Positions 27,160-40,519 of a stretch of DNA of 64,000 nucleotides are shown one piece after another. Source of the stretch: Eledone cirrhosa (taxonomy: Eukaryota); assembly GCA_964016885.1 (NCBI GenBank), contig OZ024741.1, forward strand, positions 30,008,001-30,072,000. The letters are read 5' to 3'. Position 1 is the stretch's first letter, and each line of letters starts with the position of its first letter. The notes under the pieces were generated by a model. It saw only the letters and a program-made list of their open reading frames with translations, made no database searches and was not told the origin of the DNA. The translations under genes were made by a program, and so were the position numbers.

Positions 27160-27283
27160 AGTTTTAAATAAACCTGAATCAACTGAACATGGCCTCCGAT
27201 CTTTTATTGATATATAATGCTCCGTCTTGTACCATTTCTACAGGTCGGTGAGCACTTCTTTTTATCTGCTTTACAACCTCAGG

Positions 27284-27950
27284 TGTTGTCCAGCAGAAGC
27301 AAGGGGGACAACCGTCTATGCATTCAGGCTTGACTGGCCATCGTCAGGACGGTCCCTCCTACCGCTTGCGACTCCTGGACTAGAAGACAGGCGAGAATAT
27401 ATAGTTTTCTCGTCTATGCAAATGAGGTTAATAATCTCATTTGCATATGAAGCTGTATAAGTTGGCTCAACTTATAACAGAAAAGAAATAGGATTTCGCT
27501 TTGTACAATATGTATAGAAATTTCGTATTTCGAAAGAAATACGATTTTAGGAAGCCGCAGCAATGCGAACGCCGAAATTTCTATACATATTGTATATAGC
27601 TATGCTTGAAGCGAAATCCTATTTCTTTTTTATTATAAGTTGAATCAACTTATGCAGCTTCATATGCAAATGAGATTAATCACCTCATTTACACAGACGA
27701 GAAAACTATATATTATCGGCTGTTTTCTAGTCCAGCAGTCGCAAAGCGGTGGGAGGGATCGTCCTGACGATGGCCAGTCAAGCCTGAATGAAATACATTC
27801 ACGGTTGTGCCCCTTGCTTCTGCTGGACAACAGCAGAGGGCGTTAGTCGCCCGATCATCGCACAGCTACGGCTTCCTAAAATCGTATTTCTTTCGAAATA
27901 CCAAATTTCTTTACATATTGTATAAAGCTCTGCTTGACCGAAATCGTATT

Positions 27951-27956
<6 letters not shown>
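27284..27956. mobile_element. ~328-nt hammerhead-bearing unit present as an inverted pair with terminal redundancy
   Basis: 27284-27525 pairs with 27573-27832, and 27575-27630 repeats at 27903-27956. Hammerhead on the minus strand at 27311-27353: accgtc-CTGACGA-tggc..gcct-GAA-tgca-ta-gacggt. Confidence 0.8.
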
Positions 27957-28004
<48 letters not shown>

Positions 28005-28194
28005 GAGTTTTTTTTTAAATGAAAAAAAAAACGAGATGTCCTACACGAGTGAGAGTATAAGGAAAAAAGAATGAAATCGAAAATGCAACTGGAGCCTTTT
28101 TAGGAATATTTATTTGTTTCCTTTACCGGTTTCACAGTTCTTATGCTTTTCAAAAGTAAAATTTAAATGGAGGGTTTGTGGTTTTTCTCGCATG

Positions 28195-28228
<34 letters not shown>

Positions 28229-29379
28229 GACACACACGCAAACACCCCCTCCCCATATACATGTATATATATATATATAATACTATATAGGATATATTCA
28301 TATATCAAGCTACACATGATTTAGGAATATATGATATAAATATTTGATAGGATGTAATAATGCGCTTGAGTGATATATACGGCACTAAAGTCATTTTTCA
28401 AGTAGTCATTGAAACAACTCAAAGCAACAAGCTCATCTCACCGAGAACAACCTTATAGTGTATATACAATATGGATTAAACATTCCATATGTTTAATCTC
28501 TGGATAATATTCTGCACTATAAAGATGAGGGCTTGATAACCAGAACCTATATAGTAGAAATATCTTTACAGTTATATCGTTATCATAGTGGACTGAAGAT
28601 ATTTCCTCCTGCAATAACGATAAGTAGTTGAATACAGAATAACACTTAACAAAATATAGAAATGGAGGCTTTTGTAATTCAGTTTCAAATAAACATATCT
28701 AAAGGAAATGAAAAGAAGAAAATGGAGAACTTCGCAACGAAGGAAAGGGAGAGGAGGCAGAGGGACAAACTATAATTCATAGTCTGAGCGGTGATTCGGC
28801 AGTGTCCTGGAGACAAAATGGCGAAGGAATTGCCTTGGAGAATGGCCACCGACACCACAGCAACATCCATCCCACCTCACGAGTTATCTTCAAATTGTAT
28901 CCCAGACAATGACTATGTAAAAACTATAGACAAATACTTTCAATATACCATTGGACGATTCTAAAAGTGTTTCAGTTGTTTAGTTAACGGAATAGCTTAC
29001 TGATGTAATTAATGTTGCTGTGTGTTCAACAGAGATGTTTAAATCTAATATAATTTTCAAGGAGATTCCTTGTCACAAAGTGTATGACAATTCTGACTAT
29101 TTGAATTACAGGTATAATCTACTTGACATGCTACTTCTATCAACTCAATTTCATTCAGAAGTCTTATCTCGATCCGAGGCTTTATCGAATGACACTTGAC
29201 CAACTTGAAATATGATTGCGAAATGAATTTCTTAACCATTCGACCATGCTGCCGTCTATAGATGCATTCTGTATTAGTTTGCGCTATTCAATCCAAATTA
29301 TATGATGATATATGCCCGCCGTTTCAGTCGTTTCCACAACTCCGAAATAAGTATTTCAATGTATCAATTTTACGCTTTA

Positions 29380-30040
29380 TTTAACCTACAAGTAGCATTA
29401 GGTCGCGTTTGTCTGGAAGAATTTTGGAAGGTGATGAAGTATTCCAACTTAAATACCAACCTAATTCAAGTTATTAAAGCACTGTATGATGACCTGAATA
29501 ACAACACCGGAGTTCAACATGGGAGTTCAACGAGGGTGTCTCCGTTCTCCAGTGCTTTTCAACATCTTCCTGGAAAATATACAAGAAACACTCAGAGACT
29601 TCCACATCTCCGTTTCCATTGGAAGGTGGTCGATTTTTAATATGCAATTTGCTGATGTTATTAACTTGTTAGGAAGCATCGAGGCATCTCCAGGAGCTTG
29701 GTACCAGACTGGAAAAAGTATCCAAGGGTATACGGAAAGGAAATCAGCTCAGGAAACAGCAAGATTCTGGTTAATATTCATAATCAGAATAAAGCAACCA
29801 ATATCAACTGATGGGAGAAAGACTTGAAGGAGTGACCAAATACAGCTGATCCCCAAAGACGTTACTGACATGGCTCGGCTTAGTTACTTCTGCCATTGAA
29901 AAACTGAATGGCATATGGAAAGGCAACTCTATCAGTTTACCAACAAGGCTCATATTGTACAAATACTTGGGGATTTAGATCCTTTTGTATGGGTGTGAGA
30001 GTTGAACTTTCACAGCTGTCATGGAACGAAGAGTCTAGGT
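29380..30040 (+). mobile_element. Degenerate RTE (BovB-like) LINE RT fragment
   Basis: GVQRGCLRSPVLFNIFLE; NMQFADVINLLG; LYKYL..ILLYGCES*T. Confidence 0.8.
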
Positions 30041-30204
30041 AAGAGATCATTTATGAAAGATATATTGATAACGTATATTATTTTAATATCATAGTGTGAT
30101 ATTTGCTTTATAGAACCGAAACTGTATGGCCCTAACATCAATGAGTATAGCACGCATACCTGTTATCCCACATTTATGTCATACGGTAATTTGAAAGCTA
30201 GAGA

Positions 30205-30251
<47 letters not shown>

Positions 30252-30403
30252 TATCGCACGGAATGTATTGTGTTTGGGGGAAATGCCGTTGATTATCTGT
30301 GCCTTTGTGTATCCAGGTGATTGTGAGTGAATTTATGACAACATTAGGTGGAATGGGGTGAATGCATATAACATACATTTGCTAATATAAGCTGAATATA
30401 TCC

Positions 30404-30448
<45 letters not shown>

Positions 30449-30460
<12 letters not shown>

Positions 30461-31005
30461 TCATATTTTATTTGTTTGACCCGAGTTACTTGGTCGTTTC
30501 TATGGCTGTGCGGATAATGGTTTAACCATCGTCTCAGTGTGTTTGGCCTTTTAACTTATGTTGTAGCCCTAGTTCACGAGCTCCTATGGAGCGCTTGCCA
30601 CACATCTCGGAAGTTGTTTTTCGCTAATTTCCAATAGCCGAAATACGATTCTTGCTATTGGAAAACAACTTGCGAGATGTGTGGCAAGCGCTCCATAGGA
30701 GCTCGTGAACTAGGGCTACAACATAAGTTAAAAGGCCAAACACACTGATACGATGGTTAAACCATTATCCGCACAGCCATAGAAACGACCAAGTAATTCG
30801 GGTCAAACAAATAAAATATGATTGAAAATTATACCCGGACCCCTGGAAGGTTGGTAAAATCCAGCATTTGGGTTTCTGCAACTCCTAAATCAGGTACTAT
30901 CTGCTTAGACAAATGATGTTAATCTTTTGGTAAGATGATTGAACAAGGAAGTCACTGTCTCAACAGAGTTTTAGTTCAAGTGCCAAGCCAGGGACTGACC
31001 GTTAT
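30449..31005. repeat. ~170-bp-arm fold-back insert with ~170-nt unpaired tail
   Basis: 30449-30620 is a near-perfect reverse complement of 30662-30833. Starts in (TA)n. Confidence 0.85.
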
Positions 31006-31787
31006 CAAAACCCACGTATATATATATAGAGAGAGAGATGGGGGAGAGAGATATATATGAAAAAAATATAAAAATATATTATAAGTTTATATACAATAAA
31101 CATATATCTACCACCAACTACACACGCGCACACACAGATACACACGCACCCACCCCCTCCACACACATATATATATATATATATATGCATATGTATATAT
31201 GTCTGTATGTTTGTATGTGTTTTTCAGTGTGCGGTTATGTGTGTCTATATATATATGTGTATAAGGAGAGAAAGAAAAGAAGTGTGTGACAGAGCGAGGG
31301 AAAGGGGAGTTATGCTTAAGTATCCTAAATATAATATATATAGGGTGTAAAGTTTGTCAAATTAGCACCGGCGAGAGCACATATATTGTTATCGTCTGCC
31401 AAGTTGTCAACTTGACCATACGTGTTAGGAAAGATTAATATCATATTGGATACATAACCATACATAAATACAACTTAACAACCAGGACTCACTTTCTTGC
31501 TTTTATTTATTCCCCTTCAGGCTCACAATTATTTTGTGTCTATATAGTTATGTCTGGTTATATCATGGTGAATATGTGTATATAAACATACACACACACA
31601 CACAGACACACAGAGAAAGACGGACCCCCCCCCCACATATATATATATATATATGTGTGTGTGTCTGTGTGTGTGTATGTGTATATATGCATCTTGTAGT
31701 ATATATACATATAAATACATATAAGTGTATGTATGCATATATATATATATGTATCTATATATATATATTTATATAAATAATTATATG

Positions 31788-31839
<52 letters not shown>

Positions 31840-31922
31840 GTTATTCCGGGTTGAATCGGAGGTAACCACAGTAAGTAAGGTACTCAATACATTGCAGAGT
31901 ATACAAGTTTTAATATAGATGA

Positions 31923-31971
31923 GATTCTACAGGACTAGAACTGTTTCATTCTTTAGAAATCATCAGGAATC
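31923..31971 (-). ncRNA. Complete type I hammerhead ribozyme (inverted copy)
   Basis: Exact reverse complement of 32355-32403. Confidence 0.8.
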
Positions 31972-32354
31972 TGGGTATCAAAAAATATTCTCTAAACCTT
32001 TGTCTAAACCTTTGTCACTTAGTAGAACCTTAATGAATTTAGCTTTTAAAGAATCCCCCTTTCCTTTAAATCTATCTACCATGACTGACCCCCCCACTGA
32101 TCTTATAGACACCTGTTAGCTTAAGAGAAACTTAATAACAAGGAATGGCATGCCATCCTGAACCTGTTTATAGAATTATGTCTGCCTTTGTTACTCTAAA
32201 AACAAAAATAAATAAAAATAAACTATAGCTTTGTAGAATTAGCTTTTAATGAATTCCCTTTTCTATCAACCAATGACCTACACCCATCCCACTCCCCACC
32301 CTCTCCTACCACTTGTAGAGACCTATAAATACCATACTTATTTTTTGATGCTCA

Positions 32355-32403
32355 GATTCCTGATGATTTCTAAAGAATGAAACAGTTCTAGTCCTGTAGA
32401 ATC
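32355..32403 (+). ncRNA. Complete type I hammerhead ribozyme
   Basis: gattc-CTGATGA-tttc/taaa/gaat-GAAA-cag/ttctagtc/ctg-TA-gaatc. All three stems are present; predicted GUA cleavage after 32398. Confidence 0.8.
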
Positions 32404-32406
32404 TCA

Positions 32407-32475
<69 letters not shown>

Positions 32476-32480
<5 letters not shown>

Positions 32481-33707
32481 CGAGCTAGAGAAGAAATTCC
32501 AAACATGGAAGCACGGCCTAGAATCAAAAGGCCTTAAAATTAATCTGGCTAAGACCAGAGTTCTAGTTTATAGGAAAGAAAATAAGGCGGCGGCCCCTTC
32601 CGGGAAGCGGCCATGCTCAGTGTGTAGGAAAGGAGTAGGTAGAAACTCCATTTTGTGTCAGAAATGCAAAGTATGGGTGCATAAAAGATGTAGTGGGATC
32701 ACAGGTAAGCTAACTAAGAACATAGATTTCACATGTGGCCGGTGCTCTGGTGCAATAAGTAGCAGCAAGTGCCCACAAAATACAAGCTCTTTCAACTAAG
32801 CAGAGGGCTCTATAGAAATAGTGGACAGCTTCCGTTACCTGGGTGACAAAATCAGCAGTGGGGGAGGGTGCTCTGAAAGTACAGTAGCTAGAGTCAGAAC
32901 TGGATGGAAAAAGTTCAGAGAGCTTATACCACTATTAGCCGCTAAAGGGTTCTCCCTAAAAATGAAAGGCAGGTTGTATGATGACTGCATACGAACAGCA
33001 ATGTTGCATGGCAGTGAGACCTGGGCATTGTGTGCAGAGGATATACGCAGACTAGAGAGGAACGAAGCTTTCATGCTCCGCTGGATGTGTAATAGTAATA
33101 TACGTGAACGGCAAAGCATAAACGAACCAAGGAAAAAATTAGAAATAAGAGGGATCAGATTTTGTTTACTCGAGAGAAGGCTACGTTGGTATGGACACGT
33201 GATGCGCATGAAAGTCGATAGCTGTATAACAAAGTGCAGGGCAATAAAGATAGACGGTAGCCACGGAATAGGCAGACCTAGAAAAACCTGGGACGAGCTG
33301 ATAAACTCCGACCTCACACATAGTAAAACCTACTACAGTCAGTAGGCATCTCTAACAAAATAAACCCCCGTCCCACCACCCCCACCCCATCCACACCGCC
33401 CCCTTCTAAGTAAAGTTATGTTGGTGCCACACCATCCAGGCCGAAACAAATGAGATCGTGTAGGTGTCACGACAAAAAAAACACAGTCCACGCTGTAATG
33501 TGGTCGTGTAGGCAACTCGGTAAAAACCTCCCAGACCCACACTGTAAATGTGGTTGGTGTTAGGAAGGGCATCCAACTCTAGAAAACCTGCCAGACAGTC
33601 CTATGCGAGCAAGAGAATCACTCTTGCCTCAAGTGGGAAAACCCCCGTCCAAACCCATGCAAGCGTGGAACACGGATGTTAAACCTTGATGATGATGATG
33701 ATGATGA
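32476..33707 (+). mobile_element. 5'-truncated RTE LINE with PHD-like Cys finger and (GAT)n tail
   Basis: GLKINLAKT..CSVCRKGVGRNSILCQKCKVWVHKRCSGI..CGRC; FRYLGD; MLHGSETW; RRLRWYGHV; GRPRKTW. Confidence 0.9.
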
Positions 33708-33755
33708 TATATATATATATAGATACATATAAATACATATAAGTGTATGTATGCG

Positions 33756-33807
<52 letters not shown>

Positions 33808-33813
33808 AATAAT

Positions 33814-33854
<41 letters not shown>

Positions 33855-33996
33855 TGTATATATGTATACATACACGTACACAGATATAAATATATATACA
33901 CACACATATATATATATATATGTATATATATATACACAATATATATATATATGTATATATATATACACATATATATATACACATATATATACAAAC

Positions 33997-34081
<85 letters not shown>

Positions 34082-34111
34082 TATCTATGTATATATATAT
34101 ATATATATATA

Positions 34112-34280
34112 AGAAATTAGAAATGATAAGCTTTCACCGTATTTTAGACTAAAATAATTTCTAGCCTGATTTTTTCTTCTTTAGACTAAAATACGGTGAA
34201 AGCTTATAATTTCTAACTTCTAATTTCAAACTCGCTCACCGTTTCAAAAACATACTTACATGTTTACGTTTATGATTTGC
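34112..34280. repeat. Short fold-back insert related to 680-790
   Basis: Arms 34112-34153 / 34180-34221. ttagaaatg.taagct.tc.ccgtatttt.gactaaa is shared with 704-740. Confidence 0.7.
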
Positions 34281-34283
34281 TTG

Positions 34284-34315
<32 letters not shown>

Positions 34316-34670
34316 CATTGTATGTATGTATATATGTATGTATGCATGTATTCACATATGTGTATATATACTATATATGTGACTATTTGAACACGTTTAC
34401 TTATATATCTATACTACATCGTGTGTAACGGTAAACAAGGTATCAAGATGTTTTAATGAAGAACAGTAAAAAACGATGTATATATATACATTATATATGA
34501 TTATGTATATATATATATATATATATGTATGTATATATGTATGTATATATGCGTGCATGTATGTATTTTGAATATATTTATATATATATATATATATAAT
34601 GTGTATGTATATATATGTATATATGCGTGTATGTATTTATTTTGTATGTTTTTATATATATATATATATA

Positions 34671-34838
34671 TAATTGTTTCTACTTTTGGCACAAGGCCAG
34701 CAATTATCCCAGTGCATTACTGGTACTTTATTTTATCGACCCCGTAAGGATGAAAGGCAAAGTTAACCTAGGCGGAATTTGAACTCAGAATGGCAAGGGC
34801 CGTAACTCTATGCATCAAAGCATGGCCAATTCACCGCC
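34671..34838 (-). mobile_element. tRNA-derived SINE (family A)
   Basis: Same core as the other copies. Confidence 0.85.
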
Positions 34839-35197
34839 CTCTTTCATTCACCTTTATATATATAATGTGTATGTATATATGTGTATGTATATATGTATGT
34901 ATATATGCGTGCATGTATGTATTTTGTATATATTTATATATATAACGTGTATGTATATATATGTATGTATATATGCGTGTATGTATGTATATATGTATAT
35001 ATATATATATATGTATATATACATACATGTATATATATATATGTATACATGTATGTATATGTATATGTATATATACATACATGTATATATATATATATAC
35101 ATGTATGTATATATATATAAAGATGTATGTATATATACATATATATACATATATATATATATATAAATCCACACTTGCATATATATATATGCACATA

Positions 35198-35242
<45 letters not shown>

Positions 35243-35259
35243 ATACATATCTATATATG

Positions 35260-35291
<32 letters not shown>

Positions 35292-35302
35292 TATGTATAT
35301 AT

Positions 35303-35362
<60 letters not shown>

Positions 35363-35423
35363 GTATAGATATACATATATATATATATACATATGTATAT
35401 ATATATATACATATGTATATATT

Positions 35424-35456
<33 letters not shown>

Positions 35457-35555
35457 ATATATATATACGTATGTATATATATATATACATATATATGTAT
35501 ATATATGTATGTCTATATATATATACATATATATATGTATATATATATACATATG

Positions 35556-35587
<32 letters not shown>

Positions 35588-35655
35588 CATATATATATGT
35601 ATATATATACATATATATATATGTATATATATACGTATATATATGTATACATATA

Positions 35656-35730
<75 letters not shown>

Positions 35731-36304
35731 ATATATAAATATATATATTTATAAATATATAATACATACATAAATACATACAAATGAGTACATAGTGCTG
35801 TAGAGAAAGGAAGACATTTAGAGAATATCAGGAAGATTGAGTTTTAAATGTAGGAACATGAGTTAATAATATATGTATTCTGCGCTCTTATGCGACTGTG
35901 GTTGTGTGGATATATATGAGAACGAGGGGGAGACAAGTCGGGAGTGCGGTAATATATACCGTATTAAAAGCAATCATTGATCCGATATTCGGAACATTAT
36001 ATCCACAAGACATCTGCAGAGATGAATGGAAATACTTGCCTTACATAAATACATACCCACATGAATGCATGTATATATGTGTCATGTATATCTTTATATA
36101 CATACACATATATTTATCATTATATATGAATATATATAAAGTTATATACCTGCATATTATATATATGTATATATATATACATATATATATATATATGTGT
36201 GTGTATCTGAGAGCGTATCAGTGGGTATGGGTATATATATAATACACACACATGTACATGCTTGTGTCTGCTTGTGCTAATATATATATATATAAATATA
36301 TATG

Positions 36305-36366
<62 letters not shown>

Positions 36367-36385
36367 TACATCCATACACACACAT

Positions 36386-36433
<48 letters not shown>

Positions 36434-36470
36434 TTGTGTATATATTAATATAAATGTGAGTGTGCATGTC

Positions 36471-36516
<46 letters not shown>

Positions 36517-36632
36517 ATATACATATGCACACGCATATATGTATATATATATATACAAGCATATACATACATACATATATACATACATACATACATATAT
36601 ATAGACATATATATATATAAATATATATATAC

Positions 36633-36767
<135 letters not shown>

Positions 36768-36787
36768 CATATATATGTATATACATA

Positions 36788-36825
<38 letters not shown>

Positions 36826-37204
36826 CATACATATATATATATAAACATATATAATATAAAGCCATCATATCTATTGATTTGATCGTTATGGCTGTAATTC
36901 ACATATAAAAGCAGTGAGCAAACCGGATTTAGACGCGAGCTAAATTTGCAAGGCCCAGGTTTTATCATTCTCAGAACAGGTGCGACCGCGATTATATTAA
37001 GAAAAATCGATAGAGAATCTAAGTCTGAATTCCAATGTGCGATTTGTAAATTGGAAATGTCTTATAAAATTTATCATTCTCCGCCGTACACACTCACACA
37101 CAGAAGCATACTTCCACACATACACACACTCAAAACACGCCTGCCATGCAGATACATACATATAAACACATAAATGCAGATGTGTATATGTCTATTAATG
37201 TGTT

Positions 37205-37279
<75 letters not shown>

Positions 37280-37305
37280 CATACATATATATATATTTAC
37301 ATATA

Positions 37306-37492
37306 GGAACCAGTAAGACCCCGACAGCTGAGCTCAAGCCGTTTCGACGGCTAATTCCAGAATTAGCCGTCAAAACGGCTTGAGCTCAGCTGTCGGGGTC
37401 TTACTGGTTCCTATTATCCACTCTACTACCTCAAGTATTGAGTACTTTGGTGCGTTATGGTCCACCTGGTTCCTTACCACATTTCCGTAGTT
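37306..37492 (+). mobile_element. Hairpin mini-insert with 13-bp target duplication
   Basis: 54-bp arms 37304-37357 / 37360-37413 with one mismatch. atatttacatata at 37293-37305 and 37493-37505. Confidence 0.85.
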
Positions 37493-37544
37493 ATATTTAC
37501 ATATATATATATATATATACATGTATATATATATATATATATAC

Positions 37545-37577
<33 letters not shown>

Positions 37578-37616
37578 CATATATATACATATATATATAC
37601 ATATATATACATATAT

Positions 37617-37659
<43 letters not shown>

Positions 37660-37712
37660 TATACATATATATATACATGTATATATATATATATATATGT
37701 ATACATACATAT

Positions 37713-37743
<31 letters not shown>

Positions 37744-37774
37744 CATATATATACATATATATATACATATGTAC

Positions 37775-37857
<83 letters not shown>

Positions 37858-37884
37858 TATATACATATATATATACATGTATAC

Positions 37885-39915
37885 TTATTAAAATAACAGA
37901 TTAAAGTTTAAGCAAAGAATCGCTGCTTTCACCCTTAACGGGATCTTCTGAAACTAACAAAGTCAATCTGTAAACGCAGCACTGGATATTTAAAAAAACG
38001 TTGCAACCGGAGGAAGACAGGAAGACGCTACTTTGGTTCATGGTGACGTTAGCTGGCAAAGAACGGGAAAAAACGAATAATACGTCATTAATAGGAGCGG
38101 TAAAAAACAATTACGTGCAAGGACAGAACCACGTTTATGGTATAAAAGAGGTCGTAGACTAATGTTCTCTAAGTGGTGCATAGAGACGTTCTCTGGCAAT
38201 GAACGAAAAAACGAAGATAATAAGTCATATGTGGAGCGTGGAGAACATTAGCGTGCAAAGACAAAACTACGTAAATGGTATAGCAGAAGTCGTAGACTAA
38301 AATTCTAAGTAGGAGACCGAATGAATCTCTGCTACAGAGTTAAGAACAAAGTAAATAAATACAATACAGAAGTAATAGGAACAAATAAATACATACACGC
38401 AAACAGATACGTACATACACAAGCATACGCAAAACCTTACCATAGGTATACAAAACCACGCACATATAAATATGTGTATGTGTGTATGCTTGTGTACAAA
38501 TAAATAAATAATTATATAAACGTATATAAGTAAATAAATACGTATATAACAAGCGCACACACATACCTACAAATAAATACATGAAGGTTCGGAGACGCAA
38601 GTCAACTAAAACAAGAAGTACACATATACACACACCCACCATACGTACGGGCCTGCATACTCACGCAGACGGAAAACTCCCATATACACATAACCAAGCC
38701 CTAAATACCAGAATATATAAAAATTATACGCCAAAACAGTCAAATATACGTACGAGAAGGTATACGTACCTTCACAAAACATACGGGTAATATATACTTA
38801 CCTATGCAAATAAGTAAAGGAATAAACAAAACATATACTTAGCTCCCACATCAAGACGTTAATATCCACGTATAGATCGTGCTATCCGTTAGGGTATAAC
38901 GTAGGGCTGTAATACAGGAAAGATTTGTGCAATTTATGTTTACAAGCCGAAATTGCCTAAGATTTTTTGTTTAAGATGTGGTCTGTGGCGTAGAGTATTT
39001 CCAGGGCCTCAGCGGCGCAGAGGTCACATGGTCTTTTTTTTCCGTTATACGATCTAGCCTTAACTAGGATCTCCCAGTGTAACTTATATTGGGTGTGGTT
39101 GTCTTTTAGACTCCAGATATAAGCTGAAAGTGACGTCATATTCCTTCTTAGAGGTAACGAAAAGAATGGGTATGCATGTAAAGACGCTGCTTGAAACTAT
39201 TGGCGGTTAACCCTATGTAGGCCCTACGGGACGTGGGTGTTACAACCTTACATTTGTAGACAATGTTACTAGAGAGGCATTTCCTGGATAGGGGACAATC
39301 AGCCCGATTCCTACAATTACAGTTAGTACTAACTACAGGGTTGCACGTGTTCCTACGGCTAGGTATTTTAGCTAAATTTGAAGCTGTGATGTTATGTGCA
39401 AGGTTAGGAGTCGTTGAGTAAGACATTTTAATAGTGTTTCTATTAAAAATTTTACTATGTTTATGTGTAGGAGGAAAACATATGACTTATTATCTTCGTT
39501 TTTTTCGTTCATTGCCAGAGAACGTCTCTATGCACCACTTAGAGAACATTAGTCTACGACCTCTTTTATACCATAAACGTGGTTCTGTCCTTGCACGTAA
39601 TTGTTTTTCACCGCTCCTATTAATGACGTATTATTCGTTTTTTCCCGTTCTTTGCCAGCGAACGTCACCATGAACCAAAGTATCGTCTTCCTGTCTTCCT
39701 CCGGTTGCAACGTTTTTTTAAATATCCAGTTCTGCGTTTACAGATTGACTTTGTTAGTTTCAGAAGATCCCGTTAAGGGTGAAAGCAGCGATTCTTTGCT
39801 TAAACTTTAATCTGTTATTTTAATAAATATTTGCTCTTCGGTTCTTATATATTTGATATATATTTTCCTTATCGAGCCCTCTCTGGATTTTAGTCTTCAA
39901 TTTTATTATTATTAC
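37885..39915 (-). mobile_element. 5'-truncated Penelope-like element with ~345-bp inverted terminal repeat and 13-bp TSD
   Basis: 37885-38230 pairs with 39479-39826. GIY-YIG remnant at 38920-39478 (CNCRNRADCPLSRKCLSSNIVYKC..YIGLT; CDLCAAE). tatacatgtatac at 37872-37884 and 39916-39928. Confidence 0.9.
39756..39806 (+). ncRNA. Hammerhead-like motif with variant core (inverted twin near 37905-37955)
   Basis: agttt-CAGAAGA-tccc/gttaa/gggt-GAAA-gca..tgc-tt-aaact. Confidence 0.55.
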
Positions 39916-39924
39916 TATACATGT

Positions 39925-39990
<66 letters not shown>

Positions 39991-40208
39991 ACAGGGAGAA
40001 AGAGACGATTATGAGGAAGAAAATATATATATATATATATATATATGCGTGTGTATGTGCGTGCGCGAGTGTGTGTATATGTATATATATATATATTTTT
40101 CTCCAACATGTCTTACTGAATACACTCGTGTTTCTATGATTTATTTGTCTCTGTTCCCTCCTCTCCCCTCTCTATATCTTTCTATTTCATCTTTTATTTT
40201 CCATTCTA

Positions 40209-40244
40209 TCTTCTGATGAAAGGCTAATGTTCGAAACGTTAAAA
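40209..40244 (+). ncRNA. Degenerate minimal hammerhead in PLE-terminus remnant
   Basis: tctt-CTGATGA-aaggctaatgttc-GAAA-cgtta-aaa. Confidence 0.55.
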
Positions 40245-40519
40245 CTATGTTCCTTCTTACACAGATATATATATATGCTACACACTACACACATATATAT
40301 GTATATACATATATATAAGTATGTATATGTAAATATGTTGGAATTTATATCTCTAATGGCATTGATCATAAGAGAGAGTTATATAATGTTTGTTTTATTC
40401 TCTTTCAGGCTTCCATAGAGTTTTATTGATTGTATTGGACAAGAGTTTGCCTGCTTCCAATTGTATTATATTTTTATGTATGTGTATATATATGTATATA
40501 TGTATGTATATGTATGTTC

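Larger units (their letters stand above)
20426..29200 (+). pseudogene. Possible decayed multi-exon gene with discoidin (F5/8 type C)-like segments
   Basis: AG-bounded unique segments give ASYVDFRAFFHGCILPDENQR|gt (20764-20826), VCLNPLEL (~24620), W.PSFNDPDAMIIIH..IITQ (~25160) and KVYDNSDYLNYRYNLLD (~29080). Many stops; resemblance judged by eye only. Confidence 0.3.
31839..32410. mobile_element. Fold-back mini-element with two identical inverted hammerheads
   Basis: ~31915-31985 pairs with ~32340-32410. (TA)n flanks. Relatives at 53577-53660, 54636-54712 and 56100-56485. Confidence 0.85.

Noticed and set aside
37901-39810. Near-identical 69-aa ORFs on opposite strands
   Set aside because: A by-product of the PLE inverted terminal repeat.
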